A stretch of 41,206 nt of DNA from Treponematales bacterium (GCA_041738475.1 JBGSPT010000214.1:1-41206), one strand, 5' to 3'. Counted from the stretch's first letter, positions 25,270 through 33,870 are shown. Notes: generated from the sequence alone by a model not told the origin. A program made the numbers and translations.

Positions 25270-26555
25270 GGGCCGCTCCGGAGGGGCTCCGCCATGGCTT
25301 CGGCCAGACGCTCGGCCAGGGCCGGGGGGGAGAGGTTGTAGGCCTCGTACCGGAGCTGGGCGTCCCGGATCGAGGCGGCCCATCCGGCCAGTATCGAGTC
25401 GGTCCGGGCATCGGAGACCCGGGCCTTGGATCGGACCAGCCGGGCCAGGCTCCGCAGGAACGCGGGGAAGAGGTACGACAAAGTGTCGTCTCCGGATCCG
25501 AAGCCCTTGGTGGCCGCCGAAATGTCGGAAAGAGCCGTGATGACGCCCGTATCCGTGGCGTCGCTGGAAAAGTCGAGGAGGGGGTCGGGTATGAACGCTC
25601 CGGCCCGGGAAGCCTGGTAGCAAACCGCGGAGAGAAACCGGAACGCGTACTCGTCCGTGGCGGACTCGGGCAGGGGCTTCCGGGCTGCCAGGAATTCGTC
25701 CAAGGGAAGGTCCGCCTCCCCCGGGGCGGCTCGGAAGACCTTGGAGAGGATCTCCCGGGATGCCCGGGAATCCCGGGCCCGGAACGAATAGGTTCGGACC
25801 CGGGAGAGGATGGTGGGCATGAGGGCCGCGGGGCGCGAAGACAGGAGGATGAACCGCGAGGTGGCCGGGGGTTCCTCCAGGATCTTGAGCAGGGCGTTGC
25901 GGGCTCCCTCCAGCATGCGCTCGGCGTTCTCGATCACCGCCACCTTCATCTTCCCGTAGGGGGCCAGTCTGGCCCAGCGCTCGACGGCGCGGACCTGGAA
26001 GATGGGCAGGGAGTCGGAAAGCAGGGACTCCAGCTTGTCCGCCGCGGCCAGGGCCTTGGCCGCCGCCTGGGCGATCTCCGGGAGGGGCAGGCCGGAGTCT
26101 TCGGAATCCGGACCCGCCAGTTCCGCGAGTTCCTCCAGGGTCTGGAGGAGGGCCGCCGCCTTGGACAGGCGAGATTCCTCGCCCTCGAAAAGAACAGGAT
26201 CGAAGCGACGGGCCAGCTTCCGGAGGGCCCGGAAAAAAAGGAACCGGGCGGCGCGGTTGGGCTGGCGGCCCAGGACCTCTCCGGCGGCCTTGATCTCCGC
26301 CCGCAAGGAACGCGGCCCCATCAAAAGGAGGTCCGGGTGCGAAAGGGTCCTGTGGCGCTCGCAGGAGGGACAGGGGCAGTTCCAGGCCGCGGCACCGGTT
26401 TCGCAGGACAGGGCCCGGGCGGTCTCCAGGGCGGCCGTGAGCTTTCCTGCGTTCTCCGGTCCCGCGAAGAGCAGGGAAGGGGGAAGCTCGCCCCGGGACA
26501 GGTCGGAGCGGAGGATCCGGACCGCCTCCTCCTGGCCGATCAGGTTCTCGTACAC
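25266..26555 (-). CDS. holB: DNA polymerase III delta-prime subunit-like clamp-loader protein (HolB), extended C-terminus
   Basis: MYENLIGQEEAVRILRSDLSRGELPPSLLFAGPENAGKLTAALETARALSCE...CPCPSCERHRTLSHPDLLLMGP is the delta-prime AAA+/Zn module. SRF-like ILEEPP and TILSRV motifs are present. GTG start lies 1 nt after the cvpA stop. Confidence 0.75.
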   Translation of the reverse strand: MYENLIGQEEAVRILRSDLSRGELPPSLLFAGPENAGKLTAALETARALSCETGAAAWNCPCPSCERHRTLSHPDLLLMGPRSLRAEIKAAGEVLGRQPNRAARFLFFRALRKLARRFDPVLFEGEESRLSKAAALLQTLEELAELAGPDSEDSGLPLPEIAQAAAKALAAADKLESLLSDSLPIFQVRAVERWARLAPYGKMKVAVIENAERMLEGARNALLKILEEPPATSRFILLSSRPAALMPTILSRVRTYSFRARDSRASREILSKVFRAAPGEADLPLDEFLAARKPLPESATDEYAFRFLSAVCYQASRAGAFIPDPLLDFSSDATDTGVITALSDISAATKGFGSGDDTLSYLFPAFLRSLARLVRSKARVSDARTDSILAGWAASIRDAQLRYEAYNLSPPALAERLAEAMAEPLRSGP

Positions 26556-26556
26556 C

Positions 26557-27021
26557 CTAGGCTCCCATCCGGGCGGCGGAAACGAGGACGGGCAGGAGGT
26601 TCCGCCCCAGGAAGCTGCCCTCCAGCAGGGCGGAAAGGTCGAACACGGGCTGGAGCTTCATCAGGATGAGCAGCAGGGACGAGAGGAGAAGCCCCTCCGC
26701 GGCTCCCAGAAGGAAGCCCAGGCCCCGGTCCAGGGTTTCCAGGTTGATGTTCTCGATGACGCTCCTGAGGACGCCCTGGAGGATCTTGATGAGCAGGAAT
26801 ACCAGGAGGAACACGACGGCGAAGCCCAGGACCTCGGTGAAGGAATCCAAGGCCAGGGTCTTGGCCAGGAACTCCCCGGCGGGCCGATAGAACACGATCG
26901 CCAGGAAGACCCCCAGGATGATCGCCGCCATGGACAACAGCTCCTCCACGAAGCCGCGGAAATAGCATCGCAGGGCGAACAGGAGGATGATGACGAGAAG
27001 CACAAGGTCCAAGGCGTTCAT
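26557..27021 (-). CDS. cvpA: CvpA-family (colicin V production) membrane protein
   Basis: A 154-aa four-TM protein, MNALDLVLLVIILLFALRCYFRGFVEELLSMAAIILGVFLA..., which is the typical CvpA N-terminus. ATGA overlap with the murG stop. The longer track ORF (to 28032) overlaps murG and is rejected. Confidence 0.8.
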   Translation of the reverse strand: MNALDLVLLVIILLFALRCYFRGFVEELLSMAAIILGVFLAIVFYRPAGEFLAKTLALDSFTEVLGFAVVFLLVFLLIKILQGVLRSVIENINLETLDRGLGFLLGAAEGLLLSSLLLILMKLQPVFDLSALLEGSFLGRNLLPVLVSAARMGA

Positions 27022-28172
27022 GGCGGGGTCCCCCAGGCGCGATTCGCGATGGCTCTGGCAATGATGTCCGCGGCGTCCCGGGAGCCCAGATCCCGGGACG
27101 CCCGCGCGGCTTCGGAGAGCTGAGCGGGATCTCCGAGGAATTCCGAGCAGGCGGAAACGAGGGCGGCGGGATCTTCCGCATCGGGGCCCTCCAGGACCCG
27201 TGCGGCCCCGCGGGACGCGAACCAGCGGGCGTTTTCCACCTGGTCCCCCCGGGTGCCCGTCCCCGCCAGGGGAACCAGCACCATGGGAAGGCCCGCTGCT
27301 GCGCATTCCCAGAGGGAACCCGCGCCCGCGCGGCCTACGTAGAGGGAGGCGGCCGCGAGAAGGTCCGGAAGCTCGTCCCGGAGGTATTCGACGGACCGGT
27401 ATCGGTCTTCTAAGCCCGGGGGAATGGATTCCCGGGGGGCCCCGGGATTGCCGGGCCCTGTCTGGTGGACCACCCAGGCGGAGCGGAGGAGTCCGGGCAA
27501 GGCGGCCGCCACGAGGTCGTTGAGGCGTCGGGCCCCCTGGCTTCCTCCGATCACGAGGATCAGGGGAGCTCCCTCCGGAAGCCCCGCCCAGGATCTCCCC
27601 CTGTCCGCGTCGCCGGAGCGGACGGCCGCCCGGACCGGCTGGCCGGAGACGAGCACCGAGGACCTGCGCGCGGGGGGAAAGGCTTCCCGGGTTTCCTCGT
27701 AGCTGACGAAGACGGTTTCGGCGACTGACGCGTTGAGCCTGGTGGCCAGCCCCGGGGAGAAGTCGGACTCGTGGGTGAATACGGGGATGCCCAAGGCCGA
27801 GGCGGCCCGGCAGGGAGGCACGGACACGTATCCTCCCTTGGAGAAGAGGAGGCGGGGCCTGAGCTCCGCGAGGATGCGCCGGGAGACCGCGTATCCCGCC
27901 AGCACGCGGAACGCGTCCGCGATGTTCTCCAAGGATAGTTCCCGCCGGAGTTTTCCCGAGGGGATCGGGATGAACTCGAGGCCCGCCGCTTCCACGATCG
28001 AACGGTCGCTGTCCTTGCGGGAGCCGAGCCATACGAACCGGGCCGTCCGCCCCCGGGCGGACAGGATCTCCCGGAGGCGGGTGGCCGCGGCCAGGCCCGG
28101 ATAGATATGACCGCCCGTACCCCCTCCTGTGAAGGCTATAATATCGGGGCCTCCCGGAGCACGATCCCTCAT
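27018..28172 (-). CDS. murG: Lipid II synthase MurG (undecaprenyl-PP-MurNAc-pentapeptide GlcNAc transferase)
   Basis: IIAFTGGGTGGHIYPGLAAA N-terminal motif and a GT28 C-terminal region (ILVIGGSQGARRLN..., GRAGAGSLWECAAAGLPMVLVP). ATG 28172 forms an ATGA overlap with the pgi stop. Confidence 0.9.
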   Translation of the reverse strand: MRDRAPGGPDIIAFTGGGTGGHIYPGLAAATRLREILSARGRTARFVWLGSRKDSDRSIVEAAGLEFIPIPSGKLRRELSLENIADAFRVLAGYAVSRRILAELRPRLLFSKGGYVSVPPCRAASALGIPVFTHESDFSPGLATRLNASVAETVFVSYEETREAFPPARRSSVLVSGQPVRAAVRSGDADRGRSWAGLPEGAPLILVIGGSQGARRLNDLVAAALPGLLRSAWVVHQTGPGNPGAPRESIPPGLEDRYRSVEYLRDELPDLLAAASLYVGRAGAGSLWECAAAGLPMVLVPLAGTGTRGDQVENARWFASRGAARVLEGPDAEDPAALVSACSEFLGDPAQLSEAARASRDLGSRDAADIIARAIANRAWGTPP

Positions 28173-29752
28173 CGAAGCCCCAGGGCCCGGGACAGGGCTT
28201 CCAAGGCTCCGTCCACGGGACCGCCCGAGAGGACCTGCTTGGCCAGCACCTTGCCCAGTTGGACGCCCTCCTGGTCGAAGCTGTTCAGGTTCCACGCGAA
28301 ACCCTGGAACATCACCTTGTTCTCGAAATGGGCTAGAAGGGCGCCCAGGGCCCGGGGATCGAGGTTTCCGCCGTACAGGAGGGTGGAGGGTCGGCGGCCC
28401 GGGAAGCGCTTGTTCGGATTTCCGCTGTCCTGCCCCTTCGCGAAGGCGACGATCTGAGCGGCGAGGTTCGAGTTGAGCTTCGCCCGGCTGGTCGACCCCT
28501 CCACCTCGAGGTCTCCTTCGCCCTGGTTTTCCAGGAAGCCTATGAACTCCAGGGGGACGATGTCCGTGCCCTGGTGCAGGAGCTGGTAGAAGGAGTGCTG
28601 GCCGTTCGTGCCCGGCTCGCCGAAGACGACGGGTCCCGTGGGGTAGGGCACGGGCATGCCGTCCCGGTTGACCTGCTTGCCGTTGGATTCCATGTCCAGC
28701 TGTTGGAGGTGGGCGGGGAACCGCGAGAGGGCCTGGGAGTAGGGAAGGACGGCGACGAAGGGGCGGCCCAGGACGTTCCGCTGGAAAATACCCAGGAGGG
28801 CATCCAGGAGGGAGGGGTTCCGGAGGGGGTCCGGGGAGAGTGCCCGCTCGTCGGCCTCCCGGGCTCCTTTCAGCAGTTCCTCGAAGGTTTCCGGGCCGAA
28901 AGCCAGGGACAGGATGACGCCGCCGACCGCGGAGGTGGACGAATATCGCCCTCCGATGAAGTCGTCGATGTAGAAGGAATCCAGATACCCCGGGTTCCGG
29001 GCCAGGGGGCTGGTTTCGCTGGTGACCGCTACGATGTGCCGGGACGGATCGATCCCCGCCGGACCCCGGCGTTCCAGGAAGTCCCGGGCTAAGGTCTCGT
29101 TGGCCAGGGTTTCCTGGGTGGTTCCGCTCTTGGACACCAGGATGAAGAGCGACGTCTCCGGATCCAGGTCCGACAGGACTCCGCCCGCGTCGTCGGGGTC
29201 CACGTTGCTTATAAACCGCGCGGCCATCCTGGTTCGGCCTTCGGATCGGGCCCAGTTCTCAAGCGCCAGGAAGAGGGCGCGGGGGCCCAGGTCCGACCCC
29301 CCGATGCCGATCTGAACGGCCGTCCGGAAGGGCTTGCCCGTGGAACCGGTCAGCGAGCCCGAGTGGACGCGCCGGGCGAACTCCGCGGCCCGGAGGCGCT
29401 CCCCCTCGTAGAAGGCCCGGTAATCGCGGCCCTCGAGGTATACCCTTCCCGCGGGCTCCCCCCGGGTCAGGTGGTGGAGGACCATGCGGTCCTCCCCGGT
29501 GTTCATTCGGAAGCCCGAGGCCAGGAGGCGGTACTTCTCCACCAGCTCCTGTTCCGCCGCGAGCCGCGCAAGAAGGGCTATCGTGTCGTCCCCGGCGTCC
29601 GAGGCGGCCCAGGAAAAGGTAAGGCCTCCTCCCGCATCCGCCTTCCGGGATTCGACGGCCCCCGCGGTCAACGTCACCCGGAGGTCCGCCGGTCCGCTGC
29701 CGAGAAGTTCCCGGAAGGCTGGGCATTCATCGAGATTCCGGAATTGAACCAT
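28169..29752 (-). CDS. pgi: Glucose-6-phosphate isomerase
   Basis: PGI signatures IGIGGSDLGPRA, VSKSGTTQETL, DFIGGRYSSTSAVG and GEPGTNGQHSFYQLLHQG. ATG 29752 is preceded by GGAGG with a 5-nt spacer. Confidence 0.9.
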   Translation of the reverse strand: MVQFRNLDECPAFRELLGSGPADLRVTLTAGAVESRKADAGGGLTFSWAASDAGDDTIALLARLAAEQELVEKYRLLASGFRMNTGEDRMVLHHLTRGEPAGRVYLEGRDYRAFYEGERLRAAEFARRVHSGSLTGSTGKPFRTAVQIGIGGSDLGPRALFLALENWARSEGRTRMAARFISNVDPDDAGGVLSDLDPETSLFILVSKSGTTQETLANETLARDFLERRGPAGIDPSRHIVAVTSETSPLARNPGYLDSFYIDDFIGGRYSSTSAVGGVILSLAFGPETFEELLKGAREADERALSPDPLRNPSLLDALLGIFQRNVLGRPFVAVLPYSQALSRFPAHLQQLDMESNGKQVNRDGMPVPYPTGPVVFGEPGTNGQHSFYQLLHQGTDIVPLEFIGFLENQGEGDLEVEGSTSRAKLNSNLAAQIVAFAKGQDSGNPNKRFPGRRPSTLLYGGNLDPRALGALLAHFENKVMFQGFAWNLNSFDQEGVQLGKVLAKQVLSGGPVDGALEALSRALGLR

Positions 29753-29804
29753 GGGGACCTCCTGGTGGAACCGGCACCGCGGGATGTTTCCTTTCGATAC
29801 GATC

Positions 29805-29834
29805 ATGATAGCCGGGACCGGACGGAACTTTCAA
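29805..29834 (-). promoter_or_regulatory. Candidate sigma70-type promoter for the pgi-murG-cvpA-holB-hk-rr operon (TTGAAA-N18-TATCAT on the minus strand)
   Basis: Minus-strand TTGAAA (plus 29829-29834) and TATCAT (plus 29805-29810), about 50 nt upstream of the pgi ATG. Confidence 0.4.
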
Positions 29835-29936
29835 GGCCGAAGCATCTGCGCAGGAAGGGACCCGGGGGGCGATCCGGATCGGATCCTCCGCTCTTTCATC
29901 CTCCGGGAACGCATGGTATACTTTTTCGGGGGCGTG

Positions 29937-31184
29937 ATGGCCGAACTCGTAAATCATGTAGAAACGGAATTCATCCTGAAGGAAGCCCTTAACCTAGGGA
30001 TACCGCTCCATCTTCAGGGTGCCGGAAAGAGCATCGCCTCCAAGATCAAGGAACTTCGCAAGGATTCCCTCTGGATGGATCTTCCGGCCCAAAGCGGCAA
30101 GAGATTCATGCCCTGGGAGCTTCTGTCCGCATATTTCGATTTTCACGGCAAGGATATGACCTTCAGCTCGAAGGTCCTCAAACAGGAAGGAGACTTCCTG
30201 ATTCTGGCCTTCCCCGTCCGGCTGCTCCGCTCCCCGGCGCGGCGGCATCCCAGGGTTCCCTGTCCCCGTGGATTCGCCTTGGAGATCACCCTCCAGAACG
30301 AGACGGTCCGGCTGGACTATCCCCAGTGCGGGGAGTATTCGGATGTCACCCTGCCGGACCTGCACGAAGGGTTCGACATCAGCTCCCTGAACACCCTGAT
30401 CGAGAGTTTCCGGCAGCGCTCCAGCCGCCTGGCCAGCGAGAGCCGGGTGGTGCTGTTCCGGGATCGGCTTCCCCAGGGCATCGAGGAGCTAATGATCTCC
30501 CGTTTCGGGAGAACCCTGTTCATCCCCTCCACCCGGAGTCCTTTGCCCTCCTCGGACCCCTACCCGGAGCCCCGGATCATCACCGCCCAGATGGCGGACG
30601 AATACGAGGGGCCCGAGGGAATCGTGGACGGGTCCCGGTTCGAACATGCCTTGGTCTCCAAGATCGGCCGGGGCATAAACGCCGAGGTTTGGTGCCCTAT
30701 CCTGTATTTCCAGTATGTGGTCGGGTACGTATACCTGGCGAATACAAGCGACAGGCCCGTATCCATGGATTTTGCCGTCGTGGACTGCGCCTGGGAATTT
30801 TCCCGGGTCCTGGCCTTCTACCTCAAGACCAACGATTACTTCAAGACATCCCAGACCAGCGAACCCGTATCCCATTCGGCGGGCATCGTGGACCTGTCCG
30901 CTTCCGGCAGCCTCCTTTCCATCCCCCATACGGCCCTGGCGATGCGGATCAAGATCGGAGCCTTGCTGGACCTGCGCCTGGACTATCCGGAGGGCAGCCT
31001 CGAGATCCAGGGTAGGGTGGTCCGGCGCTTCGACGACAAGGACGGAGCGTACTACGGAGTCGCGTTCCAGGACCTGGGATCCGAGGCCCTGCGGATCCTC
31101 TTTCCGAAGATCTATGAGATGTCCTATCCGGATTCCCGGGAGGATTTCGGGGAAGCCCGGATGCACGCCGGAGGTTCCGCATGA
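29937..31184 (+). CDS. PilZ-related putative c-di-GMP-binding protein with a GAF-like central region (about 415 aa)
   Basis: RRHPR (an RxxxR-type motif) follows a YcgR-N-like segment. The central region has the feel of a GAF-domain end (VWCPILYFQYVVGYVYLANTSDRPVSMDFAVVDCAWEFSRVLAFYL). The C-terminal PilZ-barrel pattern is GIVDLSASGSLLSIP...LEIQGRVVRRFDDKDGAYYGVAFQDL. The start is uncertain (ATG 29913 or 29937). The track start at 29751 abuts the divergent pgi start and is rejected. Confidence 0.6.
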   Translation: MAELVNHVETEFILKEALNLGIPLHLQGAGKSIASKIKELRKDSLWMDLPAQSGKRFMPWELLSAYFDFHGKDMTFSSKVLKQEGDFLILAFPVRLLRSPARRHPRVPCPRGFALEITLQNETVRLDYPQCGEYSDVTLPDLHEGFDISSLNTLIESFRQRSSRLASESRVVLFRDRLPQGIEELMISRFGRTLFIPSTRSPLPSSDPYPEPRIITAQMADEYEGPEGIVDGSRFEHALVSKIGRGINAEVWCPILYFQYVVGYVYLANTSDRPVSMDFAVVDCAWEFSRVLAFYLKTNDYFKTSQTSEPVSHSAGIVDLSASGSLLSIPHTALAMRIKIGALLDLRLDYPEGSLEIQGRVVRRFDDKDGAYYGVAFQDLGSEALRILFPKIYEMSYPDSREDFGEARMHAGGSA

Positions 31185-33055
31185 ACGGCCTGATCGCCGA
31201 GCTCAGGATCGCCCTGGAGGTCCTCAAACGCTGGGAGATCCTGGCGGCCCTCGCCGTGTTCCTCGGAGCCTGGAGCGTCTTCCGATACGTCGCCCTGGTC
31301 CAGCGAAAGCCCGCGGGATTCCGCCTGAGCCGGTTCCGGAAGGCCGCCCCTCCCGCCGCCCCCGCTCCGGAGGCGGAGGCGGAGGAGCACTCCGAGGAAT
31401 CCGAGGAGAGGTGACGCCCTCCGCACCGAGGCCGCATGAAGCCAGGACGGATCGCGGGGGCGCTCGGCACGGACCCTGCCTTTCCACGCCCCCCTGCTTG
31501 GAAGGCCGATCTCCCCGGATCCGGCGAGAAAGGAAATCGCTTCCGCAATTTCTTCGGCTTTCCATCCGTGCAGGGCTCCGGCCCAGGCGCACTCTCCAGC
31601 AGTGCCCGCGAGCAGCCGGGCAGCTTCGGACGCGGTCCAGCGGCCGCTGTTGGCCGCCGCGAATCGCAGGATCTCCCCGCGGCCTTCGGGCTCCGAATAC
31701 GCCCGTCCTTCGCATACGTCGCAGCCCGAGCAATTTTCGGCCCGGGAACCCAGGAGCGAGAGAAGAGCTTCCCTGCGGCACCGGGCAGGATTCTCCGCGT
31801 AGTCCAGCACGGAAGCCTTCCGCCGCCGCCGGACCGGATCGGGCTCGGACCTCAGGTTTTCCCTGTCCTGGGGATGGACGAGGAGAACCGCAAGGGACGG
31901 CTTCCCGTCCCTCCCGGCCCTTCCGGATTCCTGGAGGTAGGATTCCGCGGAGGGCGGAGGATCGGCGTGGATGACCGTACGGATATCGGATTTGTCGATT
32001 CCCATGCCGAAAGCGCAGGTGGCGGTCAAGACTCCGTCCGGGGAGGGGAGGTACCAGGTTTCCACGGCCCTACGCTCCGCCTTGGTCATGCCCGCATGGT
32101 AGAAACGGACTTCCCGGCTGTCCAGGACGCGGGCCAGTTTTTCCGCGGCGATCTGGGCTCCGGACCGGGAGGCGCAGAAGACCAGCAGGGGTTTCGGCAG
32201 GGACCTTGCGAGCTTCCCGAGGGTATGGGGCTTGGACAGGGTCGGGATGCAGCGGTAGCTCAGATTCGGCCTGTCCGGGTCGCCGGCGATCAGCCGCCAA
32301 GGCTCGTCACCGAACAGGACTTCCGCGGCGCGGGCCAGGATGTCCGGGGAGGCGGTGGCCGTGAACGCCGTGACCGCCCGGGGTTCCAGGGACCGAAGGA
32401 TGCCGCCCAGGTCCGTGTACGCGGGACGGAAGTCGTCCCCCCATTCGGCGACGCAATGGGCCTCGTCGATCACCGCGTGGGTTACCCCGACCGCCCGCAG
32501 AAGGGACAGGACCCGTTCGGTCCGGAGGATTTCGGGATTCGCCAGGGCGAGCCGTACCCTTCCCGAGCGGATGTCCTCCTCTGCTGAGCGGCGTTCCTCC
32601 TCGGCTTGTCCGCCTTGGAGTAAGGCGCAGGGCAATCCCCGCTCCCGGAGCCTTCGAGCCTGATCCGCCATCAGGGATCTCAGGGGATAGACCGCCAGGG
32701 TAAGCCCCCCCAAGAGAGCCGCGGGGAGCTGGAAACAGAGGCTCTTGCCGTACCCGGTGGGCAGGAGGACGATCTGCCGCAGCCGGTCCGGGGCTTCCGG
32801 TCCCCCGGTATCAGTCTCCCGATCGCCCTTCCGGCCTTCGCATTCCCCGGACGTTCCGGCGCAGGCGTCCAGGATGTTGGCTATAACCAGGCGTTGATAG
32901 GGGTAGAGATAGGGGACACCGAACACGGCCTTTCCGGCGGCGGTAACGGGATCTTCAGGCTCTCCGCGTTCCGACGGATCCTCGGACATGCCGTATATCC
33001 GCCGCGGATTTCTCCTGCGCTTGCATCCGGAGGAATGCGGAGTGTCCTGGGACAT
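31124..33055 (-). CDS. recQ: ATP-dependent DNA helicase RecQ family
   Basis: FGVPYLYPYQRLVIANIL, Walker A LLPTGYGKSLCFQLPA, DEAH box IDEAHCVAEWGDDFRPAY, FTATASPD, CAFGMGIDKSDIRTVIH, and a Zn-binding CSGCDVC. The last 110 or so codons are low-complexity and antisense to ORF 31181..31414. ATG 33055 is the likely start; TTG 33058 is the track start. Confidence 0.85.
   Translation of the reverse strand: MSQDTPHSSGCKRRRNPRRIYGMSEDPSERGEPEDPVTAAGKAVFGVPYLYPYQRLVIANILDACAGTSGECEGRKGDRETDTGGPEAPDRLRQIVLLPTGYGKSLCFQLPAALLGGLTLAVYPLRSLMADQARRLRERGLPCALLQGGQAEEERRSAEEDIRSGRVRLALANPEILRTERVLSLLRAVGVTHAVIDEAHCVAEWGDDFRPAYTDLGGILRSLEPRAVTAFTATASPDILARAAEVLFGDEPWRLIAGDPDRPNLSYRCIPTLSKPHTLGKLARSLPKPLLVFCASRSGAQIAAEKLARVLDSREVRFYHAGMTKAERRAVETWYLPSPDGVLTATCAFGMGIDKSDIRTVIHADPPPSAESYLQESGRAGRDGKPSLAVLLVHPQDRENLRSEPDPVRRRRKASVLDYAENPARCRREALLSLLGSRAENCSGCDVCEGRAYSEPEGRGEILRFAAANSGRWTASEAARLLAGTAGECAWAGALHGWKAEEIAEAISFLAGSGEIGLPSRGAWKGRVRAERPRDPSWLHAASVRRASPLLGFLGVLLRLRLRSGGGGRGGLPEPAQAESRGLSLDQGDVSEDAPGSEEHGEGRQDLPAFEDLQGDPELGDQAVHAEPPACIRASPKSSRESG
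31181..31414 (+). CDS. Possible small membrane protein (77 aa; TM helix plus Pro/Ala/Glu tail)
   Basis: ATGA overlap with the preceding gene. It has a plausible TM segment (WEILAALAVFLGAWSVF) and an acidic tail. It lies entirely antisense to the open 3' tail of recQ, so it may be spurious. Confidence 0.35.
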   Translation: MNGLIAELRIALEVLKRWEILAALAVFLGAWSVFRYVALVQRKPAGFRLSRFRKAAPPAAPAPEAEAEEHSEESEER

Positions 33056-33107
33056 CAAGACGGCTCCAGGAAAAGAAGCCTCCCCTGTTTCGACGGCCTG
33101 TAGGAGC

Positions 33108-33752
33108 TTATACTCGGTCCGCTGAGGGACAGAGCCCGCGAATCCCGCATTCCGGACAATCCGGATGCCTGGCGCGGCAGACGTACTTCCCGTGGCGGTT
33201 GACCGCGTGGGAAAAGGCGGTCCGATGTTCCGGCTCGATCAGGGCTTCGATGCGGCGCTCCGCGGCTGCCGGATCGCGGTTTTCCGTAAGTCCGAGCCTG
33301 TGGCATACCCGGAGGAAATGGGTGTCCGCTATGATGCCCGGCCTGCCGAAACAGGAGCTGGCCACCAGATTGGCCGTCTTCCTCCCCACCCCCGGCAGGT
33401 CGAGGAGTTCCTCCATGGATTCCGGCACCCTTCCGGCGAACCGTTCCAGGAGGATCCGGGACAGGCGTATCAGGTGGCGGGCCTTGGTCCTGTAGAAGCC
33501 CAGGGAATGGACGCAGTCCTCCAGCTCCGCAAGGTCCGCCTCGGCCAGGCGCCCGGGATCGGGCCACCTGCGGAAAAGTTCGGGTGTCACGCGGTTCACC
33601 TGGTCGTCCGTCGTCTGGGCCGAGAGCACGACCGCGACGAGCAGCTCGAAGCAGTCGCCGTGTCTCAGGAGGGGTTCCGCCCGGGGCCAGAGGGCGGTCA
33701 GGGCGATCCGAATTCGGCCGGCTCGCTCCGCCGGGGAGGGGATGGCTTCCAT
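33108..33752 (-). CDS. nth: Endonuclease III (Nth), HhH-GPD DNA glycosylase with a 4Fe-4S cluster
   Basis: LVAVVLSAQTTDDQVN, HhH motif LPGVGRKTANLV, catalytic IIADTHFLRV, and Cys cluster CRARHPDCPECGIRGLC. ATG 33752 gives 214 aa, which is typical. The track start at 34019 would cross the divergent promoter and the next gene. Confidence 0.9.
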   Translation of the reverse strand: MEAIPSPAERAGRIRIALTALWPRAEPLLRHGDCFELLVAVVLSAQTTDDQVNRVTPELFRRWPDPGRLAEADLAELEDCVHSLGFYRTKARHLIRLSRILLERFAGRVPESMEELLDLPGVGRKTANLVASSCFGRPGIIADTHFLRVCHRLGLTENRDPAAAERRIEALIEPEHRTAFSHAVNRHGKYVCRARHPDCPECGIRGLCPSADRV

Positions 33753-33815
33753 GTCCGCAGTATGCCGCACGGAAGGGAGCGGGGCAATATCATGCCGGAG
33801 AAGGAGGCTCGGATC

Positions 33816-33844
33816 TTGCACGGAGCCGGGTTGTATCCTATACT
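33816..33844 (+). promoter_or_regulatory. Candidate sigma70-type promoter (TTGCAC-N17-TATACT)
   Basis: TTGCAC at 33816-33821, a 17-nt spacer, and TATACT at 33839-33844. GGAGG at 33861-33865 lies 5 nt before ATG 33871. Confidence 0.5.
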
Positions 33845-33870
33845 TACGCCAGTTCGTCATGGAGGATTGA

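Noticed and set aside
25270-25623. The N-terminal 118-codon extension of the histidine-kinase ORF in the track.
   Set aside because: It overlaps holB in another frame and is Pro/Arg/Gly junk. A GTGA-coupled start at 25269 (or ATG 25227) gives a normal PAS-HisKA-HATPase protein.
27022-28032. The N-terminal extension of the cvpA ORF (491-aa track ORF) and the 27018..28295 extension of murG.
   Set aside because: The extensions overlap murG and pgi respectively and are Arg/Pro/Gly-rich. Internal ATGs at 27021 and 28172 give canonical N-termini and ATGA stop/start overlaps.
29914-29922. An extended -10-like TGgTATACT just upstream of the PilZ-like gene.
   Set aside because: There is no acceptable -35. 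It overlaps the candidate ATG 29913 and would leave an almost leaderless message for ATG 29937. This is too ambiguous to call as a promoter.
30637-30644. A GGTTCGAA motif reminiscent of a tRNA T-loop.
   Set aside because: It lies inside the PilZ-like coding frame (RFEH). No acceptor, D-arm or anticodon-arm complementarity is found around it.
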